Below, piece after piece: positions 57,331 through 64,000 of a stretch of 64,000 nucleotides of DNA; positions within the stretch are counted from its first letter, which is position 1, and each line of letters starts with the position of its first letter. The stretch is taken from contig ML992503.1 in assembly GCA_010093995.1 (NCBI GenBank), positions 1,231,234-1,295,233 of the forward strand. The letters are read 5' to 3'. This DNA is from Elsinoe ampelina. Lineage: Eukaryota. Below the pieces are notes generated by a model. That model was not told where the DNA came from. It saw only the letters and a program-made list of their open reading frames with translations, and made no database searches. The position numbers and the translations under genes were made by a program.

Positions 57331-58686
57331 CTACTTCTTCGAGCTAGACCTCGTCGTGCGAGTGCTTGTTTTCTGAACTGGCGCGGCTTTTTTGCCCACA
57401 GACTTGGGAGTCGTTGACTTCTTGCCGACCACTTTCTTGGCTGGTGTCTTTTTGATGCCAGTCGGCTTCGCTGCAGGCTTCTTCTCCGGCGTCTTCTTTG
57501 CCGGAGCTTTCTTTCCGACACCCTTCTTCGTTGCAAGCTTCTTTGGCGTAGACTCCTTTGGTACAGGCTCCGTCTTTTCTGACTGCTCTTGGTCAGACAA
57601 GTCCTCGACCTCGACAGCTTTCCGTGTTATGCTAGGCCTGGCGATAGAAGTGTCGATGATGCCCATGGATCGATTCCAGAGAGCTCTGCCGTCAGCGTCT
57701 GTCAAGACACCAGGTATTTTACCGGCCCCAGGCTTGGTCACGGTCTTCAAGATACTCTTTGGTCCGGACAGTACCAATTGGCCACCCGGGCGTTGTTCAA
57801 AGAGGAATTCCTCGACCGGCGTATCAGGCCCTTGGGGAGCCAGAGCGTCAGGGTCATCTCTCCAGTTCGCCTTGGCTTCGACAGACAGATTCTCGAAAAT
57901 GTTACGCGGGATAGGGTTGGCGCGATGGCCTCGAGTTGGACTGAACACGATGTGGTCCGGCAGACCTGGCGAGTCAAGTGATTGGTCAAAGACATATGTG
58001 GACTTCCCGTCCAAGCGCTGGTAGTATGCTGGGTCGTAGACGAAGGGAAAGTGCTCGTAGTACTTGGGCTCTTTGAACGGTCCACTCTTGAATCCGTACA
58101 CAAGATGTGTCACTTCCCAATAGTCGACATTGTTGGGCGTAACATACTCGTACTTCCAGTATCGAGTGAACATCGAAAACGCGATCGGAAGCAGGTCGAA
58201 ATCGACGTTGATCAATTTACAATCGAATTCTCGCTTGTGGAAAGGCATGTTCTCTTGGAATCTGATTGATTCGGGACCGAGAAGATTGTTGGCGGGAAGA
58301 CCGCTGTAGAAGTCACGGGCCTCGAACTCGGGAGGTGGTCCATACAGGTCGGTCAGCGGTTGAAGGTCAAGGCGGCGATGGTAAACCGGACCACGGTTGG
58401 TGCTGAAACCCAGGCTGGTCCACGACGGGCCATGATGGCAATCGTTCCATCTCAGATACCCTTTGTGTTCGGGAAAGCCTTTGGCAGTGGAGTAGTTCTT
58501 GCCGCTACCATGATCGTAACTCAGGAAGCCTTCGACGATGTTGGAAGTAGGCTTGTTCCAAGCATCAGACACGCGTGTGATGAGACCAGTGGAAGTGGGG
58601 GGCTCTAGCGGGATGCTTGCTTGCTTGCCGCCCTTGCTTCCTGATTTGAAAACCATGGCCAATACATCTGCAGCGTTTTTTGACAT
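57331..58686 (-). CDS. Orphan protein X3: diverged 'X' domain + histone-H1-like Lys/Pro/Ala-rich tail
   Basis: 451-aa ORF; YHRRLDLQPLTDLYGPPP and DYWEVTHLVYG; tail KKAPAKKTPEKKPAAKPTGIKKTPAKK. Confidence 0.75.
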   Translation of the reverse strand: MSKNAADVLAMVFKSGSKGGKQASIPLEPPTSTGLITRVSDAWNKPTSNIVEGFLSYDHGSGKNYSTAKGFPEHKGYLRWNDCHHGPSWTSLGFSTNRGPVYHRRLDLQPLTDLYGPPPEFEARDFYSGLPANNLLGPESIRFQENMPFHKREFDCKLINVDFDLLPIAFSMFTRYWKYEYVTPNNVDYWEVTHLVYGFKSGPFKEPKYYEHFPFVYDPAYYQRLDGKSTYVFDQSLDSPGLPDHIVFSPTRGHRANPIPRNIFENLSVEAKANWRDDPDALAPQGPDTPVEEFLFEQRPGGQLVLSGPKSILKTVTKPGAGKIPGVLTDADGRALWNRSMGIIDTSIARPSITRKAVEVEDLSDQEQSEKTEPVPKESTPKKLATKKGVGKKAPAKKTPEKKPAAKPTGIKKTPAKKVVGKKSTTPKSVGKKAAPVQKTSTRTTRSSSKK

Positions 58687-59476
58687 GGTCGTAATCCTCT
58701 GATCTTGTTCGGTGGATGTCAGCTTGAAATTGCAGAGGAGATTGGGATATTATGAAGTGGAAACTCTGGGAGTACAGATTCTTGACCGGAGCCAACCTGG
58801 ATGCGTTCAATTTCCAGACAATGGGAGCTGGTCACATCGCCGCATGCGGAAGGCGCTCTCGCTGCAAGCGTTTCTACCGGATCAAGAAGCTTCGTCAGAC
58901 GTGGTGCTAATCTACTCGGGCGCACTCGGTATTCTAAGTCATCTCCGCAATGATATGTTGGGCCGGGAACAAATAGTCGCCTTGTAGCATGACGATTCAA
59001 AAAGCCCAGCATTCCTTGGTCACGTGACCAGAGCGTTCCGATACTCAAGTCTCTGCAAGTCCCAATACGACCCGGAACATCGACCAATTGGTGGGAGAAA
59101 CACCACTCAAGACCACTCATGAATAGCATCGTCTTTGTCTCAACGTCAAGTTCATTATTCCATGAAGACAAGAGTGCTGGAATGAAAGCGCACACGACAG
59201 AGCGTCCAAAGGTCAAAGAAATCTGATTCTTTGTGATACTGGGTTGACAAGGCATTTGTCACGAAGATTAAGCTCCAAGTACAGGCAGATGAGACATTGA
59301 GCGCTTGTCTGGAAGCCTCATAATGTGACCGACAACTTCCTCTCTCGATATTTCTTCTTCTCAAGCTTTGGTCTGCGTACACCTTTGCTTCCACCACAAA
59401 CGTACGCCACCTATACCCATTTCTCTTTTCAACCCCCTTCCACTATTACCTGGGGCTGGTCCCCACACACTTCACG

Positions 59477-61876
59477 ATGGCTGCAGTGCTTGAACGATTA
59501 TGCACCTACGCCAAGGCTATGAGCGACATCTACGCCTCTGATAGGCGCCCTACTGAGGTTGCGCAAGTCAGAAACACTGCTGCTCTGCTTTATCTGGCTT
59601 TCCGCAACGTACGCAATGACCCTATCGTCGGAACCATGCCAATCGTCCGCAATGCTCTAGCGGTTCTTCACGGACGCTGGGTCCGTCACTACCTGGCCGC
59701 CGAGCATTCCGACGATCGTCCAGAAGGTGATCTCATGGGAGAAATCAGGGGAACCTTGTGGGATGTCCAGACCATTGCCAATTATCCTGGTAATGCTCGC
59801 ACTCTGCAGGTACCCGATCACCCCGATGACCTTCTTGCTTACAATAACCTTCTCAGTTCCTGGTACGGAGAGAGGCCCTTTCCCAGTCTGTCCAATTGGA
59901 ATGCCCTGAAAGATTCCAACACTACCGAGATGCATTATACCAACATCACGCTGGTTGCTCTCAACGCTGCTCTCGACGCGGTCGACAAGGTGGGTTTCGC
60001 TGGTGGGGACCCGCTGGCGGACATACTTGGTGAGTCCAGCCCTAGTCCTACTACCAGCAATCCTCGTCCAATCGTTCGGATTGATGGCAACGGCGCCTTC
60101 CGACCCATGTCTTCCATAGGCGCTCGCACCAGTTTTAGATCTACGGTGGAATATCCAGCTGGACCGGCCTTCCAAGCACGGTCGCACCATGAACGGCTAT
60201 CCGCCCAGATGATCCTCGATCTCCTTAAGCGCCTGCCTTGCGGAGAAGCAGCTCGGTTCGACAATCAGGTTGACGTCCTAGACGATGTCGTCGTCTTCCA
60301 AGGTATGGAGCTGCATGCTCCGTTTACGTCCGCCGACTTCTGCTGTGAGCCCTGCCAGCATGGCTTCGACGAGCTCGACCATTTCATCCAGCATTTGCAC
60401 CGTCACCATTTCTTATCAATCTCGCGATCATGCCGCTGCCAGATTTGCCTGGTCGTTTATGGCCAATACAAGTCGCTGGCACCATCTCTGCTGCACCACA
60501 TCCGACAGCAGTGGGAGTCCGAGCTTTCCAATCGTAATGGTCCTGCTATCCCTGCTATTACCAGTTTGCCTGGTCTTCCGACAACAGCTGACGACGGTGA
60601 ATATGTGGCGGCAGAAACCAATGATGCAGAGCTCGCATCGAACGTGTGGTTGCAGAACTTTGCATTGGAGGCTCTATGGGGCGTGACTAAAGGTATCTAT
60701 GGCCGCGACGAACCTATCGATCCTATGCTCCGGATCGTCAACGCTGCACAGCTTCGCGAGATGTTCAACTTCCAGCCCACGAGTGGTGCCGCGGTCAACT
60801 CCGCCGGACAGTTTGATCCCGCCCTGCATGGACCGGGACCCACGCCGCCGGAGTCTCGTGAGGCGACTCCTGAAGCTGATCTTACCGCCAAATGGTCCAA
60901 GATTAGATTCGATGAGAATGGCATTCGTATTGATGAGGATGAAGAGTACGATGCTATATTCAACGAATGGGTCAAGATTCCGGACGATGAGGACACTATG
61001 CTTGGTGCTGAGGATAATCCTCCTTTGGACTTCATCGAGCCGACTGAATCCACCGAAGAGCCAGCGGAGCACGTCGGACAGCCTGCAGAACCCGTTCGAC
61101 AGCCTGCAGTACCCGTAGCACAACCCGCAGCAACTATGGCAGCGCCTACAGCACCCGTCGTAGAGCCTGCCATGGAGCTAGCACACGAGGTCTATGTGCG
61201 TGGCCCTCGGCTCTTCGATATTCACGGGCGAGGAGATGGCCCGGAATACGAACGAGATCTTGCCGCCCGCATAGCAGCATTCAACGCCCAAGGTCATCCC
61301 CAGGAACAGGTACAGAATCAGGACGAAGTGAACTTTAATGAGTTCGTTACATTCCCTCCGCACGACGGCAGGAGCAGAAGCGCAACACCAGCTTCGAGTG
61401 TGGACAAGGATGGTGACTCTTTGATGAACGATTCAGATGTGCCAGGCGTCAATCTTGTTGACTCGGACGGAGACTCAGGTATGAGTGATGCGGGCAATTT
61501 TGCCATCGCCGACTCTGACGGCGACTCACACATGAGCGGTCTGGAGGATGTCAGTGCTGCAGGAGCTGTAGACTCTTCCGGTGACGATAATGACTCTGTG
61601 ATGAGTGACCCTGATGCCCTCGAGAACGCCTCTTCCGACGACGGTACAGTCCGCATGCCAGCTCACAGCCAGATCCCTATCGTCATCTCCTCCTCGAGTG
61701 AGGCTGGTGACTCCGACATGTCTTCAGACGATGTCGATGGTAGTGACATTGATGGTGACTCGGACATGACCGACGAGTCTGAGAGCGAGGCTGACGCTGG
61801 AGCTATTGAGAACGATAGCGATGAGTTCCAGGACGACGATGACAAGTTCAAAGCTGCTGACATGAACATGCGATGA
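59477..61876 (+). CDS. Orphan protein Y1: novel N-terminal domain, C2H2-type zinc finger(s), acidic repetitive tail
   Basis: 799-aa ORF; CEPCQHGFDELDHFIQHLHRHH followed by CQIC...LLHHIRQ; repeated DSDGDSxMSD units in the tail. Confidence 0.75.
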   Translation: MAAVLERLCTYAKAMSDIYASDRRPTEVAQVRNTAALLYLAFRNVRNDPIVGTMPIVRNALAVLHGRWVRHYLAAEHSDDRPEGDLMGEIRGTLWDVQTIANYPGNARTLQVPDHPDDLLAYNNLLSSWYGERPFPSLSNWNALKDSNTTEMHYTNITLVALNAALDAVDKVGFAGGDPLADILGESSPSPTTSNPRPIVRIDGNGAFRPMSSIGARTSFRSTVEYPAGPAFQARSHHERLSAQMILDLLKRLPCGEAARFDNQVDVLDDVVVFQGMELHAPFTSADFCCEPCQHGFDELDHFIQHLHRHHFLSISRSCRCQICLVVYGQYKSLAPSLLHHIRQQWESELSNRNGPAIPAITSLPGLPTTADDGEYVAAETNDAELASNVWLQNFALEALWGVTKGIYGRDEPIDPMLRIVNAAQLREMFNFQPTSGAAVNSAGQFDPALHGPGPTPPESREATPEADLTAKWSKIRFDENGIRIDEDEEYDAIFNEWVKIPDDEDTMLGAEDNPPLDFIEPTESTEEPAEHVGQPAEPVRQPAVPVAQPAATMAAPTAPVVEPAMELAHEVYVRGPRLFDIHGRGDGPEYERDLAARIAAFNAQGHPQEQVQNQDEVNFNEFVTFPPHDGRSRSATPASSVDKDGDSLMNDSDVPGVNLVDSDGDSGMSDAGNFAIADSDGDSHMSGLEDVSAAGAVDSSGDDNDSVMSDPDALENASSDDGTVRMPAHSQIPIVISSSSEAGDSDMSSDDVDGSDIDGDSDMTDESESEADAGAIENDSDEFQDDDDKFKAADMNMR

Positions 61877-62703
61877 TCTTAACGATGGGAAAAGGTATAG
61901 TATTGACGTGCGATGCACCGCCCTTGGTGCTGACTGGCCTCTCTTGATTCAGCTGGCTGAATCTAGAGGCGAGTCTGGTAGGTGAGAAAGTATCTTCTAT
62001 CCCTTTTTGCTAGTATCAATTTCCTCAAACACCTATTGACATATGATTCCCCCCCTGATTTCCATTCGTGCTGCACTGCAATTCTTTACATATCATCCCA
62101 TTCGTTTCGGTTCTGTGTCTCGAAGTGTCCACTGGAGTGCTTCCTCCACGTAGTCAATGCCTTTGAATCCACCAGACGAGCACGAGCCTCGGCCAGGCCG
62201 TGGTTTAGTCTTTGTTTCTATGTGGAGAGATGTTCAATTTCGACCTTTCGCAAAGAGTCGGTCCTTCCGTCGATTCCCAAGCCATGGTAGCTTCCTCACT
62301 CAATCACAAGCTCTGTTTAGGATTCTGAGACAGTGGTTGGTAGTGACAAAGGGCTACACAAAGCGTTGTTCCACCATGACAAAGGTGCTATTCACATAAC
62401 AGGCGCTCACAGATCTCATCAAAGAATGTTTGCACAGCAATGAAAGAGAGGCGAGACAATGTTAGTACGGTGAAAGGCTCGCACAAAGAACAGCGGTGCA
62501 AGAAATCTCAGGCAGCTTGGGATTTTCTGTTTCACTTCATCCATATAAGCTGACAAGATGTCGCTATCAACGTCCTTCCTCTCTCCAAGCTCTGGACCAC
62601 GTACGCCTCTGCTTCCGCCCCGACAGTACGTAACCCCATCTATCCTCTCAACCCACGACAACACTCTCTCAACACTCTTGGGCCGGTCCCATCATCTTCC
62701 GTC

Positions 62704-64000
62704 ATGTCATCCATCTGCCCTGTGTGCAACACTCAACATGGGGACGTCGATACGATGGTAGCTCACATCATGCAGGAACATGATGCCAACCGCCCCTTCT
62801 TCTGCACGGTATGCCCTAGGCACTTCAGCACAGCCGCAGCCCGTAACAAGCACGAAGTCGAGCACAGCCAATCCTCCAGCTCTGACTCTAGCAGCAGCTC
62901 TGGTAGCAACAATGCTTCTTCAGGCCTCTCGTCGGTCCACACCACCCCTGAGCCACAGCCAGGGTTCATGGGTACGACTCGTGCTCGAGCGCTCGCTGAA
63001 GTCTTGTCGCGCATTGCACCAGCTCTTCCTCCGAACCGTGGGTTGATTCCTCACCACATTGATTCACCGCAGCGTGACGCCCTGGACGCTGCTGCAAGGA
63101 CCTTGGCCGACATCTATGGTTTCCCCCACGTTCTTCGAGTCCAAGACTTGGATCAGCACATGGCCACACTGGATGAGGCTCTGCTCCAAGTCCGTGAAGA
63201 CCCGATGATTCGTACCATGCCTGCCATCCTGGACCGTCTTGCCCGTCTGCACGGCCGATGGATCAAGCTCCGTCAACTCCTTCTGACTCAGCTTGGCCAT
63301 GACTTCCACTCCACCAGGGGTGACATCCGCGACATTATGGTCGAGCTCAGTGCGATCGCTCGTAACCTGGACTTCAACAAAGATGATGTCGACGACGAGT
63401 CTGATGATCTCGCACAGTACGAGTTCACTCTGTACACCATCTACTTCTTCCGCATCATCTTCCTGGACATGCCGGAAATCGCCACTGGGAATGCCGGTGT
63501 CGCTGAGACGCTTGCTGACGCCGCACCCGGTGCCGAGCAGTATGCCGGGGAGAACCAGATCGACGAACAAGGTGAGTTTGCTCCTGACCCATTCGCTGAC
63601 GCTGTAGTTCATCAAGCTGTAGCCGAGCCTGCAGCCGACCTCATGCCGACCCTCACAGCGGGATTCCGCCCACAGCTCCCTGACCGTATGGACACTTTTG
63701 GGGACCTAGAACCCGTGCTTTTCCGCGTCAGGTCTGCGAACCCGACCACTGTTACCAATCAGAGGGATCCCTTGACCGCAGGTATGCTGCAGTGTCTGCT
63801 CGCCGCTTTGCCAAGGGCGCAGTACGAACAGTTCCGGAACCAGCGGGAGTGCATGCACGCTCTCTACCGCGCCGACGGGCTGCTGCTCCATGTTCCATAC
63901 ACCAACGAGCCGTTCGCCTGCGACGTCTGCCGAACCGGCTTCCCTGACCTTGAGCACTTCCTCCGCCACATGCACGGCAACCACATGGTTGGACCTACCC
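62704..64000 (+). CDS. Orphan protein Y2 (paralog of Y1) with extra N-terminal C2H2 fingers; runs off the window
   Basis: Manual translation from ATG 62704 is stop-free to nt 64000: MSSICPVCNTQHGDVDTMVAHIMQEH..FFCTVCPRHFSTAAARNKHEVEH...VREDPMIRTMPAILDRLARLHGRW...FACDVCRTGFPDLEHFLRHMHGNH. Not in the ORF track because it lacks a stop. Confidence 0.8.
   Translation, partial: MSSICPVCNTQHGDVDTMVAHIMQEHDANRPFFCTVCPRHFSTAAARNKHEVEHSQSSSSDSSSSSGSNNASSGLSSVHTTPEPQPGFMGTTRARALAEVLSRIAPALPPNRGLIPHHIDSPQRDALDAAARTLADIYGFPHVLRVQDLDQHMATLDEALLQVREDPMIRTMPAILDRLARLHGRWIKLRQLLLTQLGHDFHSTRGDIRDIMVELSAIARNLDFNKDDVDDESDDLAQYEFTLYTIYFFRIIFLDMPEIATGNAGVAETLADAAPGAEQYAGENQIDEQGEFAPDPFADAVVHQAVAEPAADLMPTLTAGFRPQLPDRMDTFGDLEPVLFRVRSANPTTVTNQRDPLTAGMLQCLLAALPRAQYEQFRNQRECMHALYRADGLLLHVPYTNEPFACDVCRTGFPDLEHFLRHMHGNHMVGPT

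Noticed and set aside
63572..63607. Apparent 36-nt intron (GTGAGT..GCTGAC..TAG) in Y2
   Set aside because: In frame, shorter than the other introns here, and its translation (GEFAPDPFADAV) aligns with Y1 (VGFAGGDPLADI); unresolved without RNA-seq.
1..64000. Transposons, CRISPR arrays, rRNA, secondary-metabolite cluster
   Set aside because: No transposase/RT/integrase motifs, terminal repeats, spacer arrays, rRNA sequence or PKS/NRPS/terpene synthase genes seen.

Overview
Eukaryotic DNA from a filamentous ascomycete (Pezizomycotina; short ~47-56 nt GT-AG introns with CTRAC/CTRAY branch sites, high gene density). Positions 1-46.6 kb and 50.6-53.7 kb are mostly conserved genes: a 5'-truncated NB-ARC/TPR NLR-type gene, a GT2 glycosyltransferase, a Tea4/TeaC-type SH3 protein, a Ubc6/UBE2J-type E2, mitochondrial DNA polymerase gamma, a RING protein, an orphan multi-TM protein, Elp2, a PQ-loop transporter, Pol alpha subunit B, a CBM1-GH5 endoglucanase, a Sec14/CRAL-TRIO protein, Nha1, a GPI-type cell-surface protein, an SRPK-like kinase, a CorA-family transporter and a Rossmann-fold protein. 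The most unusual part is the last 10 kb. Three tandem minus-strand orphan genes share a diverged domain I do not recognise (HxRxDL..L..L[FY]G...[YW]xxE[VI]T..L.G). They sit head-to-head with at least two tandem plus-strand paralogs sharing a second unrecognised domain plus C2H2 fingers; the second of these is missing from the ORF track because it runs off the window. Other notable items: a divergent BTB-like gene pair with an identically placed intron (one GC-AG), a hairpin-rich candidate ncRNA, a 762-nt stop-free in-frame intron in the Tea4-like gene, and repeated C-rich to G-rich skew flips. All family assignments come from motif recognition by eye, not database searches.
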